The notes: generated from the letters alone by a model not told the origin. A stretch of DNA of 64,000 nucleotides from Thermodesulfobacteriota bacterium (GCA_964291405.2 OZ219926.1:4192001-4256000), one strand, 5' to 3'. Counted from the stretch's first letter, positions 47,492 through 57,417 are shown. Translations and numbers: made by a program.

Positions 47492-48547
47492 ATGAAATTT
47501 CAGGACTATTACAAAACACTCGGGCTCTCACGGACTGCCTCGCAAGAAGAAATTCAGAAGGCATATCGCAAGCTGGCCCGGAAGTATCACCCTGATGTGA
47601 ACAAGAGTCAGGAAGCAGAAGAAAAATTCAAAGCTATTAACGAAGCCCACGAAGTCCTGAAGGATCCAGAAAAGCGAAGCAAATACGACACACTCGGCCC
47701 CAATTGGCAGGCCGGACAGGACTTTCGGCCGCCGCCCGGTTGGGAGAATTCTACCAGTCGAGCCGGCTGGCCAGATGGCGGCCGGACGACATTTCACTTT
47801 CGCAGTGGACCGGGTGGCCCCAGTGGACCGGGCTCGTTTGACTTCAGCGGCCTTGGCGGCAGTGGCTTCAGCGATTTTTTTGACGTACTCTTCGGACAGA
47901 ATTTCGACGCGGGCACGAGACATGGGCCTCAGGAGAGTCGTCGCCAGACTCGGAGGGGCACGCAAAGGCCTGGGAGGTCTGGCGGGCCGTCGGTACGTGG
48001 CAAAGATCACGAGGTTGATATCACGGTTTCCCTTGAAGAAGCCTATCGAGGCACGTCAAAGACTCTGACTTTACAACAGGAAGAGGGTCGTGGCGCGGGA
48101 AAAGCCAAACGCTACGACGTCAAAATCCCACTTGGTGTCACTGAAGGTGCGCGCATTCGTTTGGCAGGCCAGGGCGGGGCGGGTAAAGGTCTGGGAGACA
48201 ATGGCGATGTCTTTCTCCGCGTGCACATTGCGCCGCATGATCGCTTTACTCCACGGGGCCACGACTTATCGGTTGAGGTGCCAATCTCTCCGTGGGAAGC
48301 CGCACTGGGGACGAAGGTCGAGATACCTACATTAGACGGGCGTATTAAGCTGACCATCCCTCCAGGGACCCAGGAGGGACAAAAATTTCGGAGTCGAGGC
48401 AAAGGGCTCCCCCGAAAGGGGGGGGAGCCTGGCGACCTGTATACCATCGTTCGGATTACTATTCCGAAAACCTTGACGCCCAGGGAAAAGACCCTGTTTG
48501 AAGAACTCCAACACGTCTCGTCCTTCCATCCGCGGGAGGACGGTTAA
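47492..48547 (+). CDS. cbpA: DnaJ-class co-chaperone, CbpA type (no Zn finger)
   Basis: DYYKTLG, KYHPD, G/F region FSDFF, PWEAALG, GDLY. Confidence 0.88.
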   Translation: MKFQDYYKTLGLSRTASQEEIQKAYRKLARKYHPDVNKSQEAEEKFKAINEAHEVLKDPEKRSKYDTLGPNWQAGQDFRPPPGWENSTSRAGWPDGGRTTFHFRSGPGGPSGPGSFDFSGLGGSGFSDFFDVLFGQNFDAGTRHGPQESRRQTRRGTQRPGRSGGPSVRGKDHEVDITVSLEEAYRGTSKTLTLQQEEGRGAGKAKRYDVKIPLGVTEGARIRLAGQGGAGKGLGDNGDVFLRVHIAPHDRFTPRGHDLSVEVPISPWEAALGTKVEIPTLDGRIKLTIPPGTQEGQKFRSRGKGLPRKGGEPGDLYTIVRITIPKTLTPREKTLFEELQHVSSFHPREDG

Positions 48548-48674
48548 GCAGCCCCCCATCGGTACGCTCCTACGACTCTTTTCCAAGCTCTTTCTTTTGG
48601 GAAAGTCTGCTTTGCGCTGATTTGTGAAACGCGCTACAACCGCAGGCAAACATGAGTGAGGGAGAAACGGATCC

Positions 48675-49877
48675 ATGGCCAACCTGCCGCTCGAAGGTCT
48701 CAAAGTCGTTGACATTGCCGTCTTGTTTGCCGCACCGACGATTTCCCAGAATATGGGCGATTTTGGAGCGGAGGTGATTAAGGTCGAGCATCCGAAAATG
48801 GGGGATAGCCTGCGCTCACTCGGGGCAACCAAGGATGGAATCCCCCTGTGGTGGAAGATTACGAATCGCAACAAAAAATGTATTACGCTCAACCTGAGCG
48901 CTCCAGAAGGTCAGGAACTGCTCAAGCAACTGATCGCCGATGCTGATGTCCTGACAGAAAATTTCCGACCGGGAACCCTGGAAAAATGGGGTCTCGGTTG
49001 GGAGACCTTGCACGCGATCAACCCTCGCCTGATCGTTGTCCGGGTATCCGGGTTTGGTCAGACCGGACCCTATAAAGACAAACCGGGATTCGGCACTCTT
49101 GCCGAGGCCATGAGTGGCTTTGCCCACATTACCGGCCAGCCGGACGGGCCGCCGACCCTGCCCGGCTATGGTCTGGCAGATTCTATGGCTGGCCAGTTTG
49201 GCACCTGGGCGGTCATGTTCGCACTCTATGAGCGGGATCATAAGAGCGGCAAGGGCCAGATGCTCGACCTGAGCGTCCTGGAACCGTTGTTCACGACAAC
49301 CGGCGATCAAGCCCTGGCCTATGACCAGCTTGGCGTCGTTCAGCATCGAACCGGTAACCGGGTGCCGTCTATTGGTGCTCCCCGCAATACCTATCAAACC
49401 AAGGACGGTCACTGGCTTGCCCTTTCGGCCAATGCGCCTGCCTTGGCCAAACGGGTCTTTATTGCCATCGGTCGGCCAGAATTGAATGATGATCCACGCT
49501 TTGCCGACAACCGCGCCCGGGTTGAGCATATTGACGAAGTCGATGCCATTGTTGGCGGCTGGATTGGCGCACACACTGCCGAAGAAGCCTTGAAACGCTT
49601 TGATGAATTCGAGTGCGCCTGCGCACCAGTGTACGACATCACCGGCATTCTGTCTGATCCGCATTTCCAGGCGCGTGAAACGGTCACCACCGTTTCCGAC
49701 CCGGAGCTGGGACCCATTAAAATGCAGAATGTCGTCCCGAAATTTTCTCGGACTCCTGGCACAATACGCTGGTCGGCGCCCACCCATATGGGACATCACA
49801 ACGAAGAGGTCTATGGACAGCAGCTCGGCCTGTCGCCGCAGAAACTGGCGGAATTAAAAGAAAAGGGGGTGATCTAA
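48675..49877 (+). CDS. Family III CoA transferase
   Basis: DFGAEVIKVEHP, RNKKCITL, ENFRPG, GFGQTGPY. Confidence 0.93.
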   Translation: MANLPLEGLKVVDIAVLFAAPTISQNMGDFGAEVIKVEHPKMGDSLRSLGATKDGIPLWWKITNRNKKCITLNLSAPEGQELLKQLIADADVLTENFRPGTLEKWGLGWETLHAINPRLIVVRVSGFGQTGPYKDKPGFGTLAEAMSGFAHITGQPDGPPTLPGYGLADSMAGQFGTWAVMFALYERDHKSGKGQMLDLSVLEPLFTTTGDQALAYDQLGVVQHRTGNRVPSIGAPRNTYQTKDGHWLALSANAPALAKRVFIAIGRPELNDDPRFADNRARVEHIDEVDAIVGGWIGAHTAEEALKRFDEFECACAPVYDITGILSDPHFQARETVTTVSDPELGPIKMQNVVPKFSRTPGTIRWSAPTHMGHHNEEVYGQQLGLSPQKLAELKEKGVI

Positions 49878-50764
49878 TGTCACGGCTGCGTCGGAGTTTA
49901 TTATTTGTCCCGGCCAGCAGCGAGCGCTTCTTTGCCAAGGCCAAAGAGTCGGCGGCAGATACGCTGATCTTTGATCTGGAAGATGCGGTGGCCCCAGAGC
50001 GCAAGGCCGAAGCGCGTGAGACTATGCGGGAGGTCCTTCAAGACACTGACTTTGCACGCTTTGAGCGGACCGTGCGTATTAACGGACTTGATACCCCCTA
50101 CTTCCTGGATGATGTGTTAGCCATGGTTGGGGCTGGGGCCGATGGCCTCGTCGTACCCAAGACAAACAGCGCCGAGAACATCCGGTTCGTGGACCAACTC
50201 GTTTCCCTGGCTGAGCAACGCGCCGGACGCTCGCCTGGAGACGTTGTCCTGATTCCCCTGTTTGAGCAGCCCCAGGCAATTGGCAACGCGTTTTCCATTG
50301 CCTCGGCAACGTCCCGGATTGCCGGCATCGCCTTTGGGCACGGCGACTTCTCCTTATCCATGGGGATTAAAGCCGCACCCTCAACCGACGGGGTGGTTTT
50401 ACAAGCGCGCTGTCAGGTGGTCATGGCCGCCAAGGCTGCGGGCGTGGCGCCGATTGATAACGTCTATCTCGATATTAAGGACCTCGACGGTTTACGCCTA
50501 GAAACGCAGCAGGGCCAGAATCTCGGTTACGAGGGTAAGGCCTGTATTCATCCCGGCCAGGTCGATCCCGTGAACGCGGTGTACACACCGACGACGGAAG
50601 AAGTCGAGTATGCGCGCGCCCTGGTCGCCGCTTTTGAACAAGCGGTGGCCGCGGGGCATGGGGCCGTCTCCTTCCGAGGGCGGATGATTGATGGACCGAT
50701 TGCCGACATCGAGAAGATCGTATTGGACCGGGCGCGCAAGGCCGGTATGGACGTACCCTCCTAA
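49877..50764 (+). CDS. CitE/HpcH family acyl-CoA lyase
   Basis: RSLLFVP, DLEDAV, VRIN, GKACIHPGQ, GRMIDGP. Confidence 0.92.
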   Translation: MSRLRRSLLFVPASSERFFAKAKESAADTLIFDLEDAVAPERKAEARETMREVLQDTDFARFERTVRINGLDTPYFLDDVLAMVGAGADGLVVPKTNSAENIRFVDQLVSLAEQRAGRSPGDVVLIPLFEQPQAIGNAFSIASATSRIAGIAFGHGDFSLSMGIKAAPSTDGVVLQARCQVVMAAKAAGVAPIDNVYLDIKDLDGLRLETQQGQNLGYEGKACIHPGQVDPVNAVYTPTTEEVEYARALVAAFEQAVAAGHGAVSFRGRMIDGPIADIEKIVLDRARKAGMDVPS

Positions 50765-50777
50765 GAAACCGTGACAT

Positions 50778-51719
50778 ATGGCGCGCGATACTCTGAAGCA
50801 CGGCTCGGCCTATGTGAACGGAGTCCGCCTGCATTACGTCACCCAAGGTGAAGGTCCGCTGCTCATTTTGCTGCACGGGTTCCCCGAATTCTGGTATTCG
50901 TGGCGCTATCAAATCCCGGCTCTGGCGAAACATTTCACCGTCGTGGCGCCGGACATGCGAGGCTACAACGAGAGCGAGAAGCCGACCGGCGTCACCAATT
51001 ATCATATTGACCGACTCATCGGGGATGTGCAGGGTCTCATTCGTGCCTTTAATGAAAAACGGGCCGTTATTATAGGCCATGATTGGGGTGGCGGTGTGGC
51101 CTGGGCTTTTGCCGCCAACTACCCACACATGACCGAACGGCTTGTTGTTTTGAATTGTCCCCATCCGGAAGCGTTTCAGAAAGCGCTTAAAGAGAACCGC
51201 CAGCAGCTTCGCCGTAGCTGGTATATATTCTACTTCCAGCTTCCGTGGTTGCCTGAGCTGGGCCTGCGTTTGTTCAGGCGGCGCTTTATCGAGCAGGCGT
51301 TTCGTGGCATGGCCGTGCGGAAAGAAGCCTTCTCCGACGAAGAGTTGCACAGGTACGCCAAGGCATTGCGTATCCCTGGCAGTACCCGGGCTGCCATCAA
51401 TTATTACCGAGCAGCGTTTCGTCACCGTCTCCGCCATGGTGCAGTACACCTTCCCCAAATCTCAAGTCCGACCCTCCTGATTTGGGGTGAGGAAGATAGA
51501 GCACTCGGAAAAGAGCTCACCCACGACATGGACGAGTACTTCAGCGATCGTTTTGAGATCAAATATATCCCCAAGTGCAGTCATTGGGTCCAACAGGAAC
51601 AGCCTGAAGTGGTGAATCAGTATCTGCTGGAGTTCCTGTTGGTACCAGAGAGCCAAGGAGAGACCGAGCCTTCTCTCCATGCACCCTTAACCCAAGCGGC
51701 TTCATCAGACTCTGGTTGA
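50778..51719 (+). CDS. Epoxide hydrolase-like alpha/beta hydrolase
   Basis: HGFPEFWYSW, GHDWGG, SWY, NYYRA, HWVQQE. Confidence 0.9.
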   Translation: MARDTLKHGSAYVNGVRLHYVTQGEGPLLILLHGFPEFWYSWRYQIPALAKHFTVVAPDMRGYNESEKPTGVTNYHIDRLIGDVQGLIRAFNEKRAVIIGHDWGGGVAWAFAANYPHMTERLVVLNCPHPEAFQKALKENRQQLRRSWYIFYFQLPWLPELGLRLFRRRFIEQAFRGMAVRKEAFSDEELHRYAKALRIPGSTRAAINYYRAAFRHRLRHGAVHLPQISSPTLLIWGEEDRALGKELTHDMDEYFSDRFEIKYIPKCSHWVQQEQPEVVNQYLLEFLLVPESQGETEPSLHAPLTQAASSDSG

Positions 51720-51745
51720 GGCAGGCGGTGGACCGCCTCCATTCC

Positions 51746-52915
51746 TTACTCTACCGACCGAAAGGCAAAGCGTGGGTCCGCGGCCCGGATTTCGGCCTCC
51801 GGCAGACCGAGTTCCCGGCGGACCATATTGGTGCCCTGAACCAGGGCGATACATTTGTAAAAAGCAATGCGGCGCGATAAGCCTTCACGCCCAAAGCCGC
51901 AGTCTGCGGTAATAATGAGCCGTTCCGGCGGGACGTATTCGAGCGCGCGGCGAATCAGATCAGCGATCATTTGGGGAGGCTCAACCGTGGTGACCGTGTG
52001 GTTGATGACGCCAATGGCGATTTTTTTGTCTGTTTTATAGTGCTTGAGCAATGGCAGGTCGCGGCCCTGGTTGCTTGCTCCTTCCAGGGTGAGGACATCG
52101 GCATTGAGCTGGAGCAGATGCGGCAGTGAGCGTTCATAACTGGGCCGCTCCCAGTAGAAGCTCTGCTGGTTGGGATTGCCCCAGCAGGTATGCGCCCAGA
52201 TCTCCGTATTGACGCCCTCGACTTCACGGTTGAACGCTTGGGTATAGGTTTCCAGTTCTTTGTCCGTTGCTGGCGGGGTCGTACAGCAGGCGAAATGGTG
52301 GGGCGGTTCTTCGATCTGGATAACCGGACAGCCCGCATCCGCCAACTCCCGCAACTCTTCATTCAGCGCCGCGGCCAAGTCCATGACCAGAGCGTGATCG
52401 GTTTTATAGTACTCGTTCCACAGCATCATGGGCAGGCAGGTGGCGCTGATCGAGCCGAACTTCACCGGTTTGCTGGCCATCTTCTGCGCGGTTTTCCAGA
52501 TAGCAGAAAAATGCAGGGGACCGCGCGTCACTTTGTCCGTGACCGCCGGCGGGTGGTAGGCTTCCTGCACCTCGTACAGGATATGGCCAGGCTTGATATC
52601 CGCATAGTCGAGAAAGTGCGAAGAGTCGCGAAAGCCGCTTACCCCGTTGAGGCGTTCAATCGTATAAAAGAACCAGGAGCGCCCGCCCACTTCCAGATCA
52701 AAACGGGTGTCCCCATCGGTGAAGATGTCAAGGCCGGCCTGCTCTTGCTCGTTCATATAACAGGCAACGGCGTCAATATACTGCTCCCGATAGAGTGAGT
52801 CGCCCATCGCGACCTTGAACGGCCGACCTCGTAAGCTCTCGGTAAACCAAGTCGGCTTTGGAAATGATCCGACCATAGCCGTCGGCAGCTTTTTACCTTT
52901 TGTGGCATTAAACAT
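51746..52915 (-). CDS. Cobalamin-independent methionine synthase II family (single-barrel MetE-like) protein
   Basis: VGSFPKP, GLDIFTDG, HTCWGN, ADCG zinc ligands. Confidence 0.88.
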   Translation of the reverse strand: MFNATKGKKLPTAMVGSFPKPTWFTESLRGRPFKVAMGDSLYREQYIDAVACYMNEQEQAGLDIFTDGDTRFDLEVGGRSWFFYTIERLNGVSGFRDSSHFLDYADIKPGHILYEVQEAYHPPAVTDKVTRGPLHFSAIWKTAQKMASKPVKFGSISATCLPMMLWNEYYKTDHALVMDLAAALNEELRELADAGCPVIQIEEPPHHFACCTTPPATDKELETYTQAFNREVEGVNTEIWAHTCWGNPNQQSFYWERPSYERSLPHLLQLNADVLTLEGASNQGRDLPLLKHYKTDKKIAIGVINHTVTTVEPPQMIADLIRRALEYVPPERLIITADCGFGREGLSRRIAFYKCIALVQGTNMVRRELGLPEAEIRAADPRFAFRSVE

Positions 52916-53132
52916 CGTCGCTCCTCCTGCATGATCCGTATAGCTGGCGAATCATACACCCTGTGGACGGGCGGCTGTCAACCAGGAGAGGGGTGGATGG
53001 ACCAGACCCGAAGAAGTCGGTATCCGCTAGCCGATATCCGAACTGGGCGCTTCGGGTAAAGTGTGCTAGAGGCTGCTAAGAGACCAGCCTTGGACCGGAA
53101 CCACCGGCCAAAATCGGAAAAAGGAGTAGGCC

Positions 53133-54017
53133 ATGTTGCGCGGCATTTATTCAGCATTGATTACCCCGTTTGATGAGAATGAAAACATTGATGAGCACGG
53201 GTTAGAGAAGCTCCTGGAATGGTCAATCGGGAAGGGTCTCAACGGCGTGTTTATTGTCAGTAGCACGGGAGAATCCTGGGCGCTTAGTTTTGAGGAGAAA
53301 GTGCGACTCTTTCGACACACCGTAGAGATCGTCAACAAACGTATTGCCGTGATTGCGGGTGTGGGCGTTCCTTCAACGCGTGAAGCGGTGCGGCTAACCG
53401 AAGCGGCTCAGGCCGCGGGTGCCGACTATGTCTGTGCCGTGCCACCGAGTTTTATTCGCCCAACCCAAGACGAGATGATCCAGCACTACGGCGCCATTGC
53501 CGAGGCCACGACCCTGCCCCTGCTGCTGTACAATATCCCGATGTTGGCGGGCAATGTCCTAGAACCACCCGCAGTACGAACATTGGCTGAACGCTACGCT
53601 CACATTCAGGGGATAAAAGATAGCAGCGGAGATTTGACCCTGCTGAACAACCTGATGGTGCGACGGCGATCAGATTTCAGCGTTATGACTGGCATCGATA
53701 CCTTACTCCTACCTGGCTTGTTGGCTGGCAGTCAGGGAGCAATTTTAGGTAGTGCAAACGTGTGCCCCGAACTCTCTCTGGAAGTTGTTCGCCTCTTTGA
53801 CGCCGGACAGCATGACCGCGCCTGGGAGGTGCAAAACCGCCTGACACGATTTTGGCCAGTCATGGGCTTTGGCTCGTTTCCTGCGCCGATCAAAGCCGCC
53901 ATGCAACTCCGTAATCTTCCGGCGGGCCCGACTCGGCAGCCGATCGCACCGCTGACCGATACCGCTCAGGCTGAGCTGCGGCGCGAGTTGCAAGCCATGG
54001 GGATATTAGATTCATAG
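53133..54017 (+). CDS. DapA/NAL superfamily class I aldolase
   Basis: ALITPF, STGE, LYNIP, GIKDSSG. Confidence 0.88.
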   Translation: MLRGIYSALITPFDENENIDEHGLEKLLEWSIGKGLNGVFIVSSTGESWALSFEEKVRLFRHTVEIVNKRIAVIAGVGVPSTREAVRLTEAAQAAGADYVCAVPPSFIRPTQDEMIQHYGAIAEATTLPLLLYNIPMLAGNVLEPPAVRTLAERYAHIQGIKDSSGDLTLLNNLMVRRRSDFSVMTGIDTLLLPGLLAGSQGAILGSANVCPELSLEVVRLFDAGQHDRAWEVQNRLTRFWPVMGFGSFPAPIKAAMQLRNLPAGPTRQPIAPLTDTAQAELRRELQAMGILDS

Positions 54018-54053
54018 CACTCGTATCGAAGGGACAGCCTCCAATATCTGAAC

Positions 54054-54084
54054 GCTTGCAAGAGTTAGCGTTTTTTGTTAGCAT
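54054..54084 (+). promoter_or_regulatory. Sigma70-type promoter overlapped by repeated operator (copy 1)
   Basis: TTGCAA(54056)-N17-TAGCAT(54079); GCTTGC-N4-GTTAGC-N7-GTTAGC. Confidence 0.7.
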
Positions 54085-54091
54085 TTTGGAC

Positions 54092-54460
54092 ATGGACCAG
54101 AAACGCCCGGACCCGTACGCCACGCTTGGAGAATTCATTAAGCGTCAGCGTGAGCTGTCGCAGCTTTCCCTCCGGCAGCTCGCGGACATATGCGGAATCT
54201 CCAACCCCTACCTCAGCCAGATTGAGCGCGGGCTACGGACGCCGAGCAGCATGATCCTACAGTCGCTGGCTAAGGGACTGCGCATTTCGGCCGAAACCTT
54301 GTATACCCAAGCCGGCATCCTTGACCCGCGAGAGGCTGAAGAGAGTGATGTGATCAAAGCGATTATGCACGATCCCGACCTGTCTGCCCGCCAGCGCGAA
54401 ATGATGATCGATATGTACCGGTCCTTCCGAAAGGTGAATGATGTCGGCGGGACGTCTTAA
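54092..54460 (+). CDS. XRE-family HTH regulator, Rv0474/MLDSR-like
   Basis: LGEFIKRQRE...SLRQLA...GISNPYLSQIERGLR.PS...AKGLRISAETLY.QAGIL...RQ.EM.IDMY.SF, recalled as closely matching mycobacterial Rv0474. Confidence 0.85.
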   Translation: MDQKRPDPYATLGEFIKRQRELSQLSLRQLADICGISNPYLSQIERGLRTPSSMILQSLAKGLRISAETLYTQAGILDPREAEESDVIKAIMHDPDLSARQREMMIDMYRSFRKVNDVGGTS

Positions 54461-54472
54461 AAAGGCCATTCT

Positions 54473-54488
54473 TGTCACGTAGGTGACA
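54473..54488. promoter_or_regulatory. Crp/Fnr-type palindrome TGTCA-N6-TGACA
   Basis: TGTCAC-GTAG-GTGACA, centred about 61.5 bp upstream of the predicted start site of the downstream promoter. Confidence 0.7.
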
Positions 54489-54504
54489 TTTTTTTGCCTG
54501 GGGT

Positions 54505-54535
54505 GCTTGCAAAAGTTAGCGCATACAGTTAGCAT
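54505..54535 (+). promoter_or_regulatory. Sigma70-type promoter overlapped by repeated operator (copy 2)
   Basis: TTGCAA(54507)-N17-TAGCAT(54530); GCTTGC-N4-GTTAGC-N7-GTTAGC. Confidence 0.7.
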
Positions 54536-54598
54536 TAAACCAATCAAGGAACGAGCCGACAGAGTCGGTAATCTCACAACCACACAGGGAGGTTTCTC

Positions 54599-54937
54599 AT
54601 GGCCGATAACGCGTGGAATTGCAGTGCTTTTAATAAGATGTTCGACGCCGGTAACAATCCGTTTGTCAAGATGATGAGCGAGATGAACATGCCGTTCAGC
54701 GAATCAATGAAGCAAATGGCTGCGCAGTCGCTTGAGTCCAGCGAAAAATGGGCAAGCCGAGCTTTTGAGATGAACGAAAAGGCAACGGAGTGGGCGAAGG
54801 ATACGCCGTTTGCGTCAATTTTTGAAACTCAGCGGTCGTTTGCCCGTCAGATTTTTGACTCGTCCACCGCACTGACCCGTCAGCTCTGGCAGCTTGAGCC
54901 CAAGGCCGAAGAGGCTGCAACAGAGGCGAGCAATTAA
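54599..54937 (+). CDS. Small amphipathic helical protein, phasin/lipid-granule-associated-like
   Basis: SD GGGAGG; 112 aa helical Q/S/A/E/M-rich; context of lipid storage genes; function inferred. Confidence 0.55.
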   Translation: MADNAWNCSAFNKMFDAGNNPFVKMMSEMNMPFSESMKQMAAQSLESSEKWASRAFEMNEKATEWAKDTPFASIFETQRSFARQIFDSSTALTRQLWQLEPKAEEAATEASN

Positions 54938-54955
54938 ATCGATATAATCTCTTGC

Positions 54956-54990
54956 GCGGAGGATATCTCCATCCCTGCGATATCCTCCGC
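54956..54990. terminator. Hairpin between convergent genes
   Basis: GCGGAGGATATC...GATATCCTCCGC 12-bp stem. Confidence 0.7.
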
Positions 54991-54998
54991 CTTTACCT

Positions 54999-55712
54999 TC
55001 ACTTCTCGTCTAATAATAGGCCGGCGACTTCTCGCAGGCGGTCTGGATGGACGATGAGCTTACGCCCATCTCGGAGCAATACCTGCTGTCGTGCAAGCTC
55101 CTGCATATGCTCCGTCACTTTCTGGCGTGACGCGCCCACAAGATCGGCGAGATCTTCATGGGTGAGCTGTAAGATCAGCATAGTCCCCCGGGCATCCTGA
55201 ATGCCGAATTTTTGCGCCAGTTCGAGCAAAGCTAAAGCCAGCTTTTGTCTCAGGCTAGAGCCCTGAAAATGTGTATAACGGTAGAGGAGAGCAAACCACC
55301 GGCCTACGGTTCCTTCCATAAGGGCACTGAAATCCGTAAATGGGACGTTGAGCAGTGTTGTCACAAAAACCTCTGGCCGGACTGAACTGACCCAGCAATC
55401 GCTAAACGCTTCTGAGCGAAAGGCCCGGTACATACCTGGCATCAGCGAGGTAATACCAAATAACTCTCCAGGTGAGATGAGACTGACCAGAACTCGCTCT
55501 TCATCCGGACTGCGCAAGGAGAGTTTGACCACGCCAGAAATCAGGAAATACACCGAATCTGAGGGAACTCCCTCGTTAAACAGGACGGTGCGTTTTTCGA
55601 TGTGATGCAGATCCATCTGACCCAGAAGCCGCTCCACCTGCTGATCTGAGGCCCAGGGAAATGCCTTCAGTCGCCGGATCGTTGTCACATTAAGGACAGG
55701 TATACGTGCCAT
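54999..55712 (-). CDS. Crp/Fnr family transcriptional regulator
   Basis: LFNEG, VYFLISGVVKL, PGELFG; HTH LTHEDLADLVGASRQKVT; start may be 55757. Confidence 0.9.
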   Translation of the reverse strand: MARIPVLNVTTIRRLKAFPWASDQQVERLLGQMDLHHIEKRTVLFNEGVPSDSVYFLISGVVKLSLRSPDEERVLVSLISPGELFGITSLMPGMYRAFRSEAFSDCWVSSVRPEVFVTTLLNVPFTDFSALMEGTVGRWFALLYRYTHFQGSSLRQKLALALLELAQKFGIQDARGTMLILQLTHEDLADLVGASRQKVTEHMQELARQQVLLRDGRKLIVHPDRLREVAGLLLDEK

Positions 55713-55793
55713 ACGCGCTCTACCACAGCTTAGGCATAAGATCGCCTGATGGTTCACTACCCGAAGGAGATGCTGTTTTCATCAGCCCTTTCC

Positions 55794-55817
55794 TTATTGT
55801 CACTTGGGTGACAATAA
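55794..55817. promoter_or_regulatory. Perfect palindrome upstream of Crp/Fnr gene
   Basis: TTATTGTCAC-TTGG-GTGACAATAA (core TGTCA-N6-TGACA). Confidence 0.78.
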
Positions 55818-55967
55818 AGCAAGGCGCCCTTCTGCTTACTCCACACGACGCAGAGCAGAAATGCATCCTGCCATCCGTAGACCCAAGCATCTTTTCATTG
55901 TAGTATGCCACCCTATAGGAAACACAGCGGGACGCTGAGCCTGCTATTCTACGATGGAGGAGGGCGG

Positions 55968-56405
55968 ATGCGAAAAGTATACGCGTATCAGAAGCTATTT
56001 TCTTGCTTGATCATGGCCAGTTGTCTTTCTCTCTGGGCATGTGGTGAACGTCCCATGGGACAGAAAGAAGAATTGGCGATTCAGATCGTCAAAGCGAATG
56101 CGTCTGAAGACGGGTTCAGTATTGTTTCCAATATAGAGAAGCGGCGGGATATGGCCGGCCGTGCCGGGAACCCCTGGACTCTGGGGCCGTGGGAGGCTGG
56201 GTTACTCTCTCAGGCAGACCGGATTAACGACGAACTCAGTCAGTATTTCAACATCTTCGAGGCTCCGGGAGGCCGGTGGGTTCGCTTCACGTACACGGAT
56301 AAGGACGGGACCCACGAGGCGCTCTGGGAGACCCATATCTATAAGAAGAATGTTGAAGGGAAGAACGACCTGGCAAAAGAGTTCATGACGTCGCCGCCTG
56401 AGTAA
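55968..56405 (+). CDS. Hypothetical lipoprotein
   Basis: SD GGAGGAGG; lipobox LWAC. Confidence 0.65.
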   Translation: MRKVYAYQKLFSCLIMASCLSLWACGERPMGQKEELAIQIVKANASEDGFSIVSNIEKRRDMAGRAGNPWTLGPWEAGLLSQADRINDELSQYFNIFEAPGGRWVRFTYTDKDGTHEALWETHIYKKNVEGKNDLAKEFMTSPPE

Positions 56406-56511
56406 GAAGCCGGTCTCCTCTGGCAAGTCGTTTTTTCACATAACAGCGGTGGCTCGGGGGAAGGGCTGAGTTGCCGCTGACACGTACCCCACGCACCCTC
56501 CTACCTGCTCC

Positions 56512-57351
56512 TCAGGTCTGCATGTCATCCTGTGAAGACAGGGCAACGGTTAGATGAGGCTCTCGCTCTTGTTCTCGTAAGCGAGAGAGCACGTCTGCCA
56601 GAATACGGTAGACCTGCGGGTTCACAATCAGACCAATATGGCGTCCAGTGACCTCCCGGTTCTCGCGCTCAGGATCGATACTCGCATTCCACTCTACGAC
56701 CTCGTCCTGTTTGGAGAAGATTGAGGTAAACCCGACCTCTTCCGGCATGGATGAAATAACGCTGCGGTTAAAGTGGCAGTTGCAGTGGAGCGTCCCGCAC
56801 TCGGACGGAAGCTCTCCGCGCCAGCGCCGAAAGGGTTGCAGCACACGTGAGGCAAACAACACCAGCGGACTCACATTATTTGTCCGTTGAATGGGAGAAC
56901 CCATCGTGACCACATGGCGGACCTGGTCGGGAAAATTTGTCCCCAGAAACCGCGCGAGCATGCCGCCGAGACTATGGCCAAAAACAATGAGCGGATAGCC
57001 GGTCTCCCGAATGATTTGGTTCAGCCGCCAGCGGAGTAAATGCCCTGTCCGATTCGGACAATCGATATTCCAGTCCAGACCGGAGAAATATGGATTATAG
57101 CCTATGCGGCTCAGCCAACCCGCTAATAATTGTAAGGTCCAGTCGCCAGCAAGAAATCCCGGGATCAGAAGAACAGGCTCTCCCGACGCCTGAGGGACTG
57201 GTGGATGACGATAGATGTCGTCCCGGAGAAGGGCACACATTTGACGGTAGGAATCTGGAAAGGCCGCCGTTAATTGCCAGAAAAGCGTGCTAAAACGCTC
57301 GGCGTCTTCCCGTTCAGGATAAGCGTCCGAAAGAAGATCATCCGGTGTCAT
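56512..57351 (-). CDS. Lipase/esterase alpha/beta hydrolase
   Basis: PVLLIPGFLAGD, GHSLGG, TMGSP, SIFSKQDEVV, HIGL. Confidence 0.88.
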   Translation of the reverse strand: MTPDDLLSDAYPEREDAERFSTLFWQLTAAFPDSYRQMCALLRDDIYRHPPVPQASGEPVLLIPGFLAGDWTLQLLAGWLSRIGYNPYFSGLDWNIDCPNRTGHLLRWRLNQIIRETGYPLIVFGHSLGGMLARFLGTNFPDQVRHVVTMGSPIQRTNNVSPLVLFASRVLQPFRRWRGELPSECGTLHCNCHFNRSVISSMPEEVGFTSIFSKQDEVVEWNASIDPERENREVTGRHIGLIVNPQVYRILADVLSRLREQEREPHLTVALSSQDDMQT

Positions 57352-57388
57352 GTTGTCCGCTCCCCCCAGGAGTGTTGACTGGATTTTT

Positions 57389-57417
57389 GCTTGCAATAGG
57401 TGATAACTTTTGCAAGC
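57389..57417 (-). promoter_or_regulatory. Repeated operator (copy 3) upstream of lipase
   Basis: Minus strand GCTTGC-AAAA-GTTATC-N7-GCAAGC; first 16 bp are 15/16 identical to 54505..54520. Confidence 0.65.

Noticed and set aside
48816-51458. Two 327-aa minus-strand ORFs
   Set aside because: Antisense to well-supported CoA transferase, lyase and hydrolase genes
52916-53132. Cobalamin or SAM riboswitch upstream of the MetE-like gene
   Set aside because: No recognisable B12-box or S-box elements by eye; an Rfam/Infernal scan would settle it
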